Shown here: piece after piece, positions 23,034 through 33,145 of the stretch
Numbering within the stretch: position 1 is the first letter of the stretch
Layout: each line of letters starts with the position of its first letter
Assembly (NCBI GenBank): GCA_041497895.1
Contig: JBGQHJ010000017.1
Coordinates: forward strand, 1 to 50,460
Reading direction: 5' to 3'
Source of the DNA: Candidatus Methylomirabilia bacterium
Lineage (GTDB): Bacteria > Methylomirabilota > Methylomirabilia > Rokubacteriales > CSP1-6
DNA length: 50,460 nt
The notes under the pieces: model-generated
Databases searched by the model: none
What the model saw: the letters and a program-made list of their open reading frames with translations, nothing else
Told to the model about the DNA's origin: nothing
Program-made: the position numbers and the translations under genes

Positions 23034-24280
23034 CCGGGGCCGCGACGGACGACGCGCGCCGGGCTGCCGAGCTGGCGGCCCGGGCCTCTTATGGCCGGCT
23101 GGTCGCGTATCTCGCGCGACGCTGGCGCGACGTGGGGGCGGCGGAGGACGCCCTGGGGGACGCCTTCGTGGCCGCGCTCGCCACCTGGCCGCGCGACGGA
23201 GTGCCCGAGAAGCCGGAGGCCTGGCTGCTCGCCGCGGCGCGCCGGCGGCTCCTCGACGGCGCCCGGCACGCCACGGTGCAGACCCGGGCGCTCCCGACGA
23301 TCCACGCGATGGTCGACGAGGCCCAGGGCGCCGCCTCGTCGGAGGCCGTCTTTCCCGACGAGCGCCTCGCGCTGCTGTTCGTCTGTGCCCACCCCGCGAT
23401 CGACGAGGGGATGCGGACGCCGCTCATGCTGCAGACCGTGCTCGGATTGGACGCGGCCCGGATCGCGGCGGCGTTCGTCGTTCCCGCCGTCACCATGGGA
23501 CAGCGGCTGGTCCGCGTGAAGACCAAGATCCGCGACGCGGGCATCCGCTTCGAGGTCCCGGAGCCGCGCGAGCTGCCGCTCCGCCTCGGGCCGGTGCTCG
23601 AGGCCATCTACGCCGCCTACGGCAGCGGCTGGGACGACGTGGCCGGCGCGGACACGCGGCGCCGGGGCCTGGCGGAGGAGGCGATCTGGCTGGGGCGTCT
23701 CGTCGCGCGCCTCGTGCCGGACGAGCCCGAGACGCACGGCCTGCTCGCGCTGATGCTCCACTGCGAGGCCCGCCGCGGGGCTCGGCGCGACCCGGCCGGC
23801 GGCTACGTGCCGCTGAGCGAGCAGGACGCGACCCGCTGGTCGTGGCCCACGATCGAGGAGGCCGAGCGGATTCTCCTCGCCGCCTCGCGGGCGGGGAAGC
23901 CCGGGCGGTTCCAGCTCGAGGCCGCGGTCCAGTCGGCGCACGCGCAGCGCGGGATCACCGGCCGGACCGACTGGGCCGCGATCGTGCTGCTCTACGGCGG
24001 CCTGATCGGCATCGCCCCGACGGTGGGCGCGACGGTGGCCCGCGCGGCCGCACTGGCGAAGGCGGAGGGACCCGAGCGGGGCCTGGCCGCGCTGGACGCA
24101 GTGCTCGCCGACGCGACCGCCGACTACCAGCCCTTCTGGGCGCTCCGGGCCCACCTGCTCGGGCGGCTCGGCCGGGGGGACGAGGCGGCGTCCGCCTACG
24201 CCCGGGCGATCGAGCTCGCCGCGGACCGCGCGGTGCGCGCCTTCCTCGCCGAGAAGGAGAAGGCACTATGGCCAGGATGA
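23030..24280 (+). CDS. ECF sigma-70 factor with C-terminal TPR extension (ECF42-like)
   Basis: SYGRLVAYL, AEDALGDAF, WPRDGVPEKPEAWL, DERLALLFVCAHPAI, MGQRLVRVKTKI, YVPLSEQD, GRFQLEAA and YQPFWA; GTG overlaps the YciI stop. Confidence 0.9.
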   Translation: MTGAATDDARRAAELAARASYGRLVAYLARRWRDVGAAEDALGDAFVAALATWPRDGVPEKPEAWLLAAARRRLLDGARHATVQTRALPTIHAMVDEAQGAASSEAVFPDERLALLFVCAHPAIDEGMRTPLMLQTVLGLDAARIAAAFVVPAVTMGQRLVRVKTKIRDAGIRFEVPEPRELPLRLGPVLEAIYAAYGSGWDDVAGADTRRRGLAEEAIWLGRLVARLVPDEPETHGLLALMLHCEARRGARRDPAGGYVPLSEQDATRWSWPTIEEAERILLAASRAGKPGRFQLEAAVQSAHAQRGITGRTDWAAIVLLYGGLIGIAPTVGATVARAAALAKAEGPERGLAALDAVLADATADYQPFWALRAHLLGRLGRGDEAASAYARAIELAADRAVRAFLAEKEKALWPG

Positions 24281-24636
24281 AGCCGGCTCCGCCGGGCCTC
24301 GTGCGGATCTTCGAACGCGCGGTCGGGCCTCTCGCGGGGACCACACGCCGCCAGATGTTCGGCTATCCCGCGATCTTCGTCCGCGGGAACATGTTCGCGG
24401 GCCTCGTCCGGGACCGCATGATCCTCCGTCTCGGCGAGGGCGATCGGCGGCGGTTCCTCGAGCGCGAGGGCGCGACGCCGTTCGTCGCGATGGGCCGGCC
24501 CATGACGCAGTGGGCGGTCGTGCCACCCGCGGTCGTCGAGTCTCCCGCGCGTCTCCGGCCGTGGCTCAGGCGTGCCCTGGCCCATGGCCGCTCGCTTCCC
24601 GCGAAGCGGGCCCGGCGGGTCGGCCGGCCCGCCTAG
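24268..24636 (+). CDS. TfoX/Sxy N-terminal domain protein
   Basis: RRQMFGYPAIFVRGNMFAGL and MGRPMTQW; start is either 24268 or 24277. Confidence 0.8.
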   Translation: MARMKPAPPGLVRIFERAVGPLAGTTRRQMFGYPAIFVRGNMFAGLVRDRMILRLGEGDRRRFLEREGATPFVAMGRPMTQWAVVPPAVVESPARLRPWLRRALAHGRSLPAKRARRVGRPA

Positions 24637-25949
24637 TACCGGTTCGCGATCGGCAGCTCGTCGGCCGGGAAGAGGGTGATGATCTGGGCGCCCTTCGGTG
24701 TCACGATGACCTCCTCCTCGATGCGTGCCGCCGAGGTGCCGTCGGTGGCCGGGCAGTAGGTCTCCACCGCGAACACCATGCCGGCCCGCAGCTCCATCGG
24801 GTCGTCGAAGGAGTTGAGGCGCGAGATGATCGGCCGCTCGTGGAGCCCGAGACCGAGCCCGTGGCAGAAGTTGAGACCGAACGCGGCCATCTCACCCTCG
24901 AAGCCGATGTCCTCCGCGCGCGGGAAGGCGTGCGCGATGCGATCGGTGCCCACCCCGGGCTTGATGAGGGCGATGGCCTCGTCCATCCACTCGCGCGCGC
25001 TCTTGTAGGCGCTCTGCTGGGGCCCGGTGGCGCGCCCCACGCTGAACGTGCGGTAGTAGCAGGTGCGGTAGCCCACGTAGGACTGGATGATGTCAAAGAA
25101 GGCCTGATCGCCCGGGCGGATGATGCGGTCGGTGAAGTTGTGGGGATGCGGGGAGCAGCGCTCGCCCGAGATCGCGTTGATGGCCTCCACGCAGTCCGAC
25201 CCCATCTCGTAGAGCCGTTTGTTGGCGAGCGCGACGATGTCGTTCTCGCGTACGCCCGGCTTGAGCGCCTCGAAGATGTCCTGGTAGACGCCGTCGCCCA
25301 TGGCCGCGGCCATGTTGAGCAGGACCAGCTCGTCGACGTTCTTGATCACGCGGGCCTCCAGCATCACCTGCTGGCCGTCCCGCACCTCGAGGCCCAGCTT
25401 CTGCAGCGCGAACAGGAACGGCGGCTCGACCACGTCGATGCCGAGCGGCATGTCGGCCACGCCCTCGCGGGCGAGGATGTCGCGGATCTCGCGCGCGGCC
25501 TGTTCGAAGAGCCCCGCCTTCGGCGAGACCGCCCCGCGCATGCCCACCATGCCGGCCAGGCACTGGTTGGCTGGGAGCTGCGGAGTGGAGAGCCGGTGGT
25601 GGCGCGCGGCGGAGCCGAAGTCCCACACCCAGGGCTCGCCGTTGCCGGTGAGCAGGCACCAGCGGGTGAGCTTGTCGCGCGCCCACTCGCCGATGACGGT
25701 GCCCGAGATGTAGCGGATGTTGTACTGGTCGAAGACCAGCAGCGCGCCCAGGCCCGACTTGGCGAGCGCGCTCCGGGTGCGGGCGATGCGGTAGTCGTGG
25801 AGGCGACGGAAGTCGACGCGCTCCTCGAAATCCACTTGGGTGTGGCCCGGGGCCTGGATGGGCCGGTCCCACCGGTGCTTCGGGTCGATCGCGTCGGCCT
25901 CCGGGGCCCGGGTCTTCCCGGCCCGGGGCGCTGCCGGCTTGCGCGCCAT
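24633..25949 (-). CDS. M24 family (Xaa-Pro peptidase/creatinase-like) hydrolase
   Basis: NIRYISG, ARVIKNVDE, PGVREND, HGLGLGLHERP, FAVETY and ARIEEEVIVT; ATG 25949 follows AGGAGG. Confidence 0.88.
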   Translation of the reverse strand: MARKPAAPRAGKTRAPEADAIDPKHRWDRPIQAPGHTQVDFEERVDFRRLHDYRIARTRSALAKSGLGALLVFDQYNIRYISGTVIGEWARDKLTRWCLLTGNGEPWVWDFGSAARHHRLSTPQLPANQCLAGMVGMRGAVSPKAGLFEQAAREIRDILAREGVADMPLGIDVVEPPFLFALQKLGLEVRDGQQVMLEARVIKNVDELVLLNMAAAMGDGVYQDIFEALKPGVRENDIVALANKRLYEMGSDCVEAINAISGERCSPHPHNFTDRIIRPGDQAFFDIIQSYVGYRTCYYRTFSVGRATGPQQSAYKSAREWMDEAIALIKPGVGTDRIAHAFPRAEDIGFEGEMAAFGLNFCHGLGLGLHERPIISRLNSFDDPMELRAGMVFAVETYCPATDGTSAARIEEEVIVTPKGAQIITLFPADELPIANRY

Positions 25950-26029
25950 CTCCGCCTCCTGTGATCCGTGGTGGACGACGGCGTCACTCCTACCACAGAC
26001 GCGTCGTTCGCGATAGACTCGAGTGCACG

Positions 26030-27799
26030 ATGACGCCGCCGACGTCGTTCCCACCGCCCGCGCAGGACGCGATGCCGACCACGAAGGGCCTGAACTTCTT
26101 CCTCGAGGACCGGAGCTTCCAGCTCCTGTGCGAGCAGGTCATGGGCCCCGAGATCTTTGCGCGCGCCCGTCCGCATCTCGTCGCCCTGGGCGAGGTCGCG
26201 GGTGGCGAGCTGGACGAGCTGGCCGCTCAGGCCGACCGTAACCCGCCGGTGCTGCGGCCGTTCGACGCGCAGGGCCGCCGCGTGGACGAGGTGGTGAAGC
26301 ACCCGGCCTACCGCCGCATGGAGGAGATCGCGTTCGGCCGATTCGGGCTGGCCGCCATGGCCCACCGGCCCGGCGTGCTCGGCTTTCCGGACCGGGCGCC
26401 GCAGGTCGTGAAGTACGCGCTCTCGTACCTCTTCGCCCAGAGCGAGTTCGGGCTGCTCTGCCCGGTCAACATGACGGACTCGTGCGCCCGCATGCTCGGG
26501 GCCTTTGGCAGCGAGGAGCTGAAGGCGCGCTACCTGCCGCATCTCACCGCCACCGATCCGGCCGAGCTCTGGCAGGGCACCCAGTGGATGACCGAGCGTA
26601 CCGGCGGCTCCGACGTGGGCGCCTCCACCACCGTGGCCCGGCGCGACGCGGACGGGCAGTGGCGCCTCTGGGGCGACAAGTGGTTCACCTCGGTGGCCAA
26701 CGCGGAGCTGGCGCTCACGCTCGCCCGGCCGGACGGAGCGCCCGCGGGCACGCGCGGGCTCGCGATGTTCCTGGTGCCCCGGCGCCTGCCCGACGGCACC
26801 CTGAACGCGTGGACGATCAACCGGCTGAAGGACAAGCTCGGCTCGCGCTCGATGGCCACCGGCGAGGTGACCTACGCGGGGGCGCGAGCGTGGGTGGTCG
26901 GCGAGCTCGGCTCCGGCTTCAAGCAGATGATGGAGATGGTGAACGGCTCCCGCCTGTCGAACGCGATGCGCGCGGCCGGGCTCATGCGGCGCGGCCTGCT
27001 CGAGTCGCTCGTCCACGCGCGGCAGCGGATCGCCTTCGGGCACCCGCTGATCGAGCTGCCGCTCCTGCGCAGCAACCTGCTCTCGATGCTGCTCGACGCG
27101 GAGGCGGCCGCCTCGGTCATCCTGAACGGGGCCGTGCTGCTCGACCGTCGCGACACGGGGAGCGCGGAGGCGCGCGCGCTCGCGCGGGTGTGGACGCCGC
27201 TCGCCAAGTACTGGATCACGCTCCGCGCGCGCGACGTGACCGCGGAGGCGATGAACGTGCGCGGCGGCAACGGCTACGTCGAGGAGTGGGTCAACCCGCG
27301 CCTGCTGCGCGACGCGTACCTGGGTGCCATCTGGGAGGGCTCGGCCAACGTGGTGGCCCTCGACGTCCAGCGCGCGATCCTGAAGGACCGCGGGCTCGAG
27401 GCGCTGGCGGCCTTCATGGGCGAGCGGCTCGGGCGGGTCGCGGAGCCGGCCGCCAAGCCGCTGGTGGACCTGGCGCGGGCGACCCTGGAGTCGGTCGCTC
27501 GCCAGACCGCGGGCTGGGCCGCGCGGCCCGCCGCGGAGCGGGAGCTGATGGCGCGGCCGGTGGCCGACACGCTCTACCACCTGCTGGCCGGGTCGCTCCT
27601 GCTCGCCGAGGGCCAGGCCCTGCGCGAGCAGGGGCGGGGCTTCCGGAAGCTCCTGTCCGCCGGGCTCTACCTCAAGCGGTGGCTCGAGCCGCGTGGCTCC
27701 GCGAGCCCGCCCTTCACCGCGCGGCAGGTCGAGTGGCTCGAGCCGCTGGCCGAGTGGCGGAGCATCGAGGAGTCGGCGCTGGCCGACCTGGAGGCCTGA
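26030..27799 (+). CDS. Acyl-CoA dehydrogenase family protein (AidB-like)
   Basis: GLLCPVNMT, QWMTERTGGSDV, GDKWFTS, RLKDKLGSRS, GGNGYVEE and IWEGSANVVALD. Confidence 0.9.
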   Translation: MTPPTSFPPPAQDAMPTTKGLNFFLEDRSFQLLCEQVMGPEIFARARPHLVALGEVAGGELDELAAQADRNPPVLRPFDAQGRRVDEVVKHPAYRRMEEIAFGRFGLAAMAHRPGVLGFPDRAPQVVKYALSYLFAQSEFGLLCPVNMTDSCARMLGAFGSEELKARYLPHLTATDPAELWQGTQWMTERTGGSDVGASTTVARRDADGQWRLWGDKWFTSVANAELALTLARPDGAPAGTRGLAMFLVPRRLPDGTLNAWTINRLKDKLGSRSMATGEVTYAGARAWVVGELGSGFKQMMEMVNGSRLSNAMRAAGLMRRGLLESLVHARQRIAFGHPLIELPLLRSNLLSMLLDAEAAASVILNGAVLLDRRDTGSAEARALARVWTPLAKYWITLRARDVTAEAMNVRGGNGYVEEWVNPRLLRDAYLGAIWEGSANVVALDVQRAILKDRGLEALAAFMGERLGRVAEPAAKPLVDLARATLESVARQTAGWAARPAAERELMARPVADTLYHLLAGSLLLAEGQALREQGRGFRKLLSAGLYLKRWLEPRGSASPPFTARQVEWLEPLAEWRSIEESALADLEA

Positions 27800-27805
27800 C
27801 GCGCG

Positions 27806-29746
27806 ATGAGCACGGACGAGATCATCTGGCGCCCCGATCCCGAGACGGCGGCGCGTACCCGCATGGGCCGCTTCATGGCCGCGCAGGGGATCGCGACGCT
27901 CGACGACCTGCTGCGGCGCTCGGTCGCGGAGCCGGAGTGGTACTGGGACGCGGTGTCGCGCGACCTGGGCTTCCACTGGTTCACGCCCTACCGCCGCGTA
28001 CTCGACACCTCGAAGGGCATCGAGTGGCCCCGCTGGTTCGAGGGCGGTCGCCTGAACCTCGCCGACAACTCGGTGGACCGCCACGTAGCGGCCGGCCGCG
28101 GGGACAAGCCCGCGGTCATCACGGAGGCCGAGGACGGGACGGTGCGGACGCTCACCTACCGCGAGCTGGGCGCGGAGGTGGGCCGGCTCGCCAACGCGCT
28201 CAAGCGCCTCGGCATCCGGCCGGGTGACACCGTCGGCATCCTGCTGCCGATGTGCGCGGAGGCGGTGATCGCGACGCTCGCGGTGGTGCGCATCGGGGCG
28301 GTCTACACCCCGTGCTTCTCGGGCTACGGCGCCCAGGCGGTGGCCTCGCGCCTGGACGGCTGCGGGGCACGCCTGCTCATCACCGCGGACGCCTTCGCGC
28401 GCCGCGGCCAGGCGGTGCCGCTCAAGCGCACCGCCGACGAGGCGGTGTCGGCCTCGCCGAGCGTGGAGCACGTCATCGTGCACCGGCGGAGCGGGGCGGA
28501 GGTGCCCTGGAAGGACGGACGCGACCTCTGGTGGCACGACCTGGTCGCGGCGGAGTCGACGGAGTGCCCGGCGCTGCCGGTCGAGGCCGACCACCCGTGC
28601 CTCATCATCTACACGTCGGGCACCACCGGGCGGCCCAAGGGCACCGTGCTCACCCACGGCGGCTTCTCGATCAAGAACGCGCACGACTTCGCCTACCTGT
28701 TCGACCTGGGCGAGAGTGACCGGCTCTTCTGGGTCACCGACCTGGGCTGGCTCATGGGCCCGATGCTGATCGGCGGCGCGCTTCTGACCGGTGGCACCGC
28801 GGTGCTCTTCGAGGGCACGCCCGACTATCCGAAGCCCGATCGCCTGTGGTCGGTGCTCGAGCGGCACCGGGTGACCGTGCTCGGCATCTCGCCGACCGCG
28901 GTGCGCGCGCTGATGCCGCACGGCAGCGAGTGGGTGACGCGCCACGACCTCTCGTCGCTCCGGCTCATGGCCTCGACGGGCGAGCCGTGGAATCCCGAGC
29001 CCTATCGCTGGCTCTTCGAGACCGCGGGGAAGGGGCGGCTGCCGATCATCAACTACACCGGGGGCACCGAGATCTCGGGCGGCATCCTCTCCTGCTTCCC
29101 GATCGCGCCGATCAAGCCGTGCTCGTTCGCCGGTCCCATCCCGGGCATGGCCGCCGACGTCTATGACGACGACGGCCGGCCGGTGCGCGGCCACGTGGGC
29201 GAGCTGGTGATCACAAGGCCCTGGCCCGGCATGACCGCGGGCTTCTGGAAGGATCCGGAGCGCTACATCGAGACCTACTGGTCGCGCTGGCCCGGGGTCT
29301 GGGTGCACGGCGACTGGGCGTACGTGGACCCCGACGGGTTCTGGTTCATCCAGGGCCGCTCCGACGACACGCTGAAGATCGCGGGCAAGCGGGTGGGACC
29401 GGCGGAGGTGGAGTCGGTGCTGGTCGGGCACCCCGCGGTGGCGGAGGCGGCCGCGGTCGGGGTGCCGCACGAGATCAAGGGCGAGACCGTGGTGTGCTTC
29501 GCGGTGCTGCGCCCCGGCTTCACCCCGTCGGAGCCGCTCCGCGTGGAGCTGGTCGAGGAGGTGGTCCGCTCGATGGGGAAGGCGATCCGGCCGGAGCGCG
29601 TGCTCTTCGCGCGCGAGCTGCCCAAGACCCGCAGCGCCAAGATCATGCGCCGCGTGGTGCGCGCGACCTACCTCGGGCGCGACCCGGGCGATCTCTCCTC
29701 GCTCGACAACCCGGGCGGGGTGAAGGCGATCAGCGAGGCAAGCTAG
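27806..29746 (+). CDS. Acetate/acyl-CoA ligase (AcsA-like AMP-binding enzyme)
   Basis: YTSGTTGRPKG, STGEPWNP, GGTEISG, GRSDDTLKIAGKR and LPKTRSAKIMRR. Confidence 0.9.
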   Translation: MSTDEIIWRPDPETAARTRMGRFMAAQGIATLDDLLRRSVAEPEWYWDAVSRDLGFHWFTPYRRVLDTSKGIEWPRWFEGGRLNLADNSVDRHVAAGRGDKPAVITEAEDGTVRTLTYRELGAEVGRLANALKRLGIRPGDTVGILLPMCAEAVIATLAVVRIGAVYTPCFSGYGAQAVASRLDGCGARLLITADAFARRGQAVPLKRTADEAVSASPSVEHVIVHRRSGAEVPWKDGRDLWWHDLVAAESTECPALPVEADHPCLIIYTSGTTGRPKGTVLTHGGFSIKNAHDFAYLFDLGESDRLFWVTDLGWLMGPMLIGGALLTGGTAVLFEGTPDYPKPDRLWSVLERHRVTVLGISPTAVRALMPHGSEWVTRHDLSSLRLMASTGEPWNPEPYRWLFETAGKGRLPIINYTGGTEISGGILSCFPIAPIKPCSFAGPIPGMAADVYDDDGRPVRGHVGELVITRPWPGMTAGFWKDPERYIETYWSRWPGVWVHGDWAYVDPDGFWFIQGRSDDTLKIAGKRVGPAEVESVLVGHPAVAEAAAVGVPHEIKGETVVCFAVLRPGFTPSEPLRVELVEEVVRSMGKAIRPERVLFARELPKTRSAKIMRRVVRATYLGRDPGDLSSLDNPGGVKAISEAS

Positions 29747-29767
29747 AAGAGCCTTCCCTCCCTACGT

Positions 29768-29802
29768 CCCTCTCCCCTCCGGGGAGAGGGCAGGGTGAGG
29801 GG
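29768..29802. repeat. BoxC/REP-like extragenic palindromic element between convergent genes
   Basis: CCCTCTCCCC-TCC-GGGGAGAGGG perfect 10-bp stem followed by CAGGGTGAGGGG. Confidence 0.7.
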
Positions 29803-29818
29803 GGCCGCCGGCGCGGGG

Positions 29819-30523
29819 CTACGCCCCGAGCCGCGTCGCCAGATCGCCGAAGTCTCTCGCCACCACGTCCCAGTCGCTTTCCGGCGCCAGGTCGGTCGTC
29901 TGCCCCGGCCCGTACTCGAGCGGTCGCGGCACGAACGCGGTGCGCAGGCCTTCCCCTCGGGCCGCGCGCAGATCGTAGTTGTGGGCCGCGACCATCATCA
30001 CCCGGTCGGGCCGCAACCCGAGCAGCGACACCGCGGTGCGATAGACGTCGGGGCGGGGCTTGTAGCAGCGCGCGTTCTCGGCGGTGATCACGCAGTCCCA
30101 GGGGAGCCCCGCGAACTTGGCGAGCCGCACCATGCCGGTGAAGCTCGCGTTGGAGAGCGGGCTGATCACGTAGCGCTGCTTCAGGCGCGTCAGCCCGGGG
30201 ACCGCGTCGGGCCACGGGACGAGGCGCCATCGCGCCTGGACGAGCTGGTCGATCTCCCGCTCGGTGGGGCCGGGGATGCGGTGCCGGGACAGCGACGCGC
30301 GGAGGGCCTGGCGGTGGATCTCCTCCATCGTCATCCAGGGCACCTCCCCGCGATTCACGCGGTCCATGATCGGCCGCGGCTCCCAGTCGGCCAGGATCGC
30401 CTGCCACGCCACCGTGAGGCCGCGCGCGCGTCCCAGCGCTTCGAGCGCCTCGAGCACGGCGCTGCGCCAGTCGACCACGGTGCCGTAGGTGTCGAAGAGG
30501 AGCGCGTGGACCTCAGGCGGCAT
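29819..30523 (-). CDS. Haloacid dehalogenase, type II (HAD superfamily)
   Basis: LLFDTYGTVVDW, WPDAVPGL, PLSNA, YKPRPDVY and MMVAAHNYDL. Confidence 0.88.
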   Translation of the reverse strand: MPPEVHALLFDTYGTVVDWRSAVLEALEALGRARGLTVAWQAILADWEPRPIMDRVNRGEVPWMTMEEIHRQALRASLSRHRIPGPTEREIDQLVQARWRLVPWPDAVPGLTRLKQRYVISPLSNASFTGMVRLAKFAGLPWDCVITAENARCYKPRPDVYRTAVSLLGLRPDRVMMVAAHNYDLRAARGEGLRTAFVPRPLEYGPGQTTDLAPESDWDVVARDFGDLATRLGA

Positions 30524-32459
30524 GTCGCGGGCGGCGCCGGGAGTAGGTGAAGGCGGTGAGGATCAGCACCACGAGGGCGAGCTGGGTGAGCACGCCCTGC
30601 CAGGTCGGATACACGCCGAGCGACGGGATGGTGGGCAGATCGAGCGGCTCGATGGGCAGCCGGCCCGCCTGCTGGAGCGCGGCGATGCCCTTGCCGGCCA
30701 GCACCACCGCCAGCACCGCCATCAGGGCCGAGCCCACGCCGAAGAACCAGCCGACCGGCAGGCGCAGCCCCATCTTGAGGATCAGCCAGGCCAGCAGCAC
30801 GAGCGCCACCGCGGCCGCCGCGAAGCCGCCCGCGACCGCCAGGCGTCCCGACGCGCCGGCCTCGATCCAGAGCGCCTGGTAGAAGAGCACGGTCTCGAAC
30901 GCCTCGCGATAGACCGCGAGGAAGGCGATCGAGGCGAGCGCCCACCGGGTGCGGCCGGAGAGCGCGGCCTCCACCTTCGTCTCGATGAAGGTCTTCCAGC
31001 GGGCCGCGTGGGCGTGGCGGTGCATCCAGAAGCCGACGTAGAGCAGCATGGCCGCGGCGAGCAGCGCGGTGACGCCCTCGGTGACCTCGCGGCTGGCCCC
31101 GCTCAGCGTGACCACGTAGGAGGCGGCCATCCAGGTGATCGCCCCGAGGACGAGCGCCGCGATCCAGCCCGCGTGCACGTAGCGCAGCGCCTCGCGGCGC
31201 CCCGACTTGATCAGCATCGCGACGAGGGCGGCCAGCACCAGGATGGCCTCGAGGCCTTCCCGCAGGAGGATGACGAGCGCGCTGCTGAACGTGGTCACCG
31301 GCGACAGCCGCGCCGCGTCGAGCCGCCGGCGAGCGGCCTCGAGCAGCGAGAGGATGGTACCCGCCTCCGCCTCGACCACCTCGCGCGGGGCGTGGGCCTG
31401 GACCAGGGTGCGATAGCGCAGCATCTCGGCCTCGACCCGGCTCTTGAGCCCGCTATCGACCGCGCTCAGCGGCGCCTCCACCAGCTCGAAGCCCTCGAGA
31501 TAGCTCGTGATCGCGAGCTGGTGCGCGCGCGCCGCGTCGCCCTGCCGGTAGGCGGCGAGGCTCTCGCCGAGGAGACGCACGCTCAGGTCGATTGGGGACT
31601 CGCGGCCGGCCGCGAGCGCGCCCGGCTCGCTGCGGAGATACGCCAGCACCGCGGCGCCGTCGTCGCCCGCGCGGGCCGCCACCTCCTTCGGGGTGGCCAT
31701 GACCAGCGCGCGCAGGTCGCGCAGCTCGCTCCGTCCCGCCCCGTCCTTCCACCGGCGCGCCCCGCGCTCCCGCTCCGCCGCGGGCGTGGCGAGCGTGCTG
31801 ACGTAGAACGCGAGGCCCCAGCGCTGCCCCTCGCCGAGCGGCGCGAAGCCGGTCATGGCGGTGCCCTTGATGCCGAGGGTGATCGTGTTGTAGAGGCCGA
31901 AGAGGCTGTGCTCGCCCATGCGCCGCGCGTCGGTGAGATCGGCGGGCGGCGGGGTCAGTCCCTTGGCCCCGGGCCCGTCGCCGCGGCCGGTCGCGCCGTG
32001 GCAGACCGCGCAGTGGGTGGTGAAGTCGGCGGCGGCGGGGGCGAGGTCGGGCACCTGGCGCGGGGCGACGCGGACCTCGTAGAGGTCGATGATGCGGCGC
32101 CGGAGATCGCCCGCGACCGCCGCGACCTCGTCGCCGGAGCGCTTGGCGCGGATCGCGGCGAGGAGGCCGGCCGCGGTGGCCTCGAGGGCGGCGCGCTCGG
32201 GACGGGCGGGTAGCCCGGCGATCATGGTGGGCACGGAGGTGGCGAACTCGACCTGCTCGTCGTACTCGCCCTGGTCCAGGATCATGCCGTCCTTGACCGC
32301 GCCCGCGTAGTCGACGGCCAGGTAGTCGAGCGCGTGCAGGATGGGAGCGAAGGGATCCGGCTCGTCCGCCATCGCGGGGCCCGCGGCGAGCCCGATCGCC
32401 AGGACCAGGAGCGCGAGGAGCCGGCTCAGTGTCGCGACGCGCGTTTCGATATGGGACAC
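30513..32459 (-). CDS. Cytochrome c / FTR1 family iron permease (PbrT-like)
   Basis: Signal peptide, ALDYLAVDY...EYDEQVEF, heme motif CAVCH, AYLEGFE-like SYLEGFE, and FTR1 motifs REGLE and REAFE; start codon is approximate. Confidence 0.9.
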   Translation of the reverse strand: MSHIETRVATLSRLLALLVLAIGLAAGPAMADEPDPFAPILHALDYLAVDYAGAVKDGMILDQGEYDEQVEFATSVPTMIAGLPARPERAALEATAAGLLAAIRAKRSGDEVAAVAGDLRRRIIDLYEVRVAPRQVPDLAPAAADFTTHCAVCHGATGRGDGPGAKGLTPPPADLTDARRMGEHSLFGLYNTITLGIKGTAMTGFAPLGEGQRWGLAFYVSTLATPAAERERGARRWKDGAGRSELRDLRALVMATPKEVAARAGDDGAAVLAYLRSEPGALAAGRESPIDLSVRLLGESLAAYRQGDAARAHQLAITSYLEGFELVEAPLSAVDSGLKSRVEAEMLRYRTLVQAHAPREVVEAEAGTILSLLEAARRRLDAARLSPVTTFSSALVILLREGLEAILVLAALVAMLIKSGRREALRYVHAGWIAALVLGAITWMAASYVVTLSGASREVTEGVTALLAAAMLLYVGFWMHRHAHAARWKTFIETKVEAALSGRTRWALASIAFLAVYREAFETVLFYQALWIEAGASGRLAVAGGFAAAAVALVLLAWLILKMGLRLPVGWFFGVGSALMAVLAVVLAGKGIAALQQAGRLPIEPLDLPTIPSLGVYPTWQGVLTQLALVVLILTAFTYSRRRPRHAA

Positions 32460-32475
32460 GAGGGGCTCGCGGCGG

Positions 32476-32649
32476 CTACTTGGTGAGGATGAGCTTGTCG
32501 GCCTTCGTGATGTGGAGGCGGTACTCCTGGCCCCGGTGGACGATGACGATCTCACGCCGGCCCCGGAACAGCTCGGTGCTCACGATGCGGACGGCGGGGC
32601 CGGAGGTCGCCTCGCGGGCGGGGACCGGCTCGCCGGAGTCCTCGATCAC
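32476..32649 (-). CDS. hemP: Hemin uptake protein HemP/HmuP family (57 aa, absent from ORF track)
   Basis: Hand translation [57 protein letters not shown] with the hallmark C-terminal KLILTK; GTG overlaps the bfr TGA. Confidence 0.9.
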   Translation of the reverse strand: MIEDSGEPVPAREATSGPAVRIVSTELFRGRREIVIVHRGQEYRLHITKADKLILTK

Positions 32650-33125
32650 GCGTCCTCTTCCTTGATCTGCTGCGCGAGGTAGTGAGCCTCGCCCACCTGC
32701 TTGATCAGCTCGAGCTGCTCCTCGATCCAGTCGATGTGGTCCTCTTCCGACTTGAGGATGTCCTCGAGCAGGTCGCGGCTGCCGTTGTCGCCCGCCCCCC
32801 GGCAGAGCTCGACCCCCGCGTTGAGCGCGGCCACCGCGCTCCGCTCCAGCTCGAGATCGAGCCGCAGCTGCTCGGGGACGGTCTGGCCCACGTTCACCTT
32901 GCCGAGTCGCTGCACGTTGGGCACGCCGTCCAGGTAGAGGACGCGCTCGATGAGCCGGTCGGCATGGCGCATCTCACCGATCGACTCCTCGCGGAGCTTC
33001 TTCCACAAGCGCTTGTAGCCCCAGTTCTCGCACATGCGCGCGTGGATGAAGTACTGGTTGATGGCGGTCAGCTCCGCCGTGAGAACGTCGTTGAGCAAGG
33101 TCACCACCTGGTCGTGTCCCTTCAT
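32646..33125 (-). CDS. bfr: Bacterioferritin
   Basis: [19 protein letters not shown] (heme Met and ferroxidase Glu/His) and EEDHIDW. Confidence 0.96.
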   Translation of the reverse strand: MKGHDQVVTLLNDVLTAELTAINQYFIHARMCENWGYKRLWKKLREESIGEMRHADRLIERVLYLDGVPNVQRLGKVNVGQTVPEQLRLDLELERSAVAALNAGVELCRGAGDNGSRDLLEDILKSEEDHIDWIEEQLELIKQVGEAHYLAQQIKEEDA

Positions 33126-33145
33126 CGCGCGCCTCCGTGGGGACG

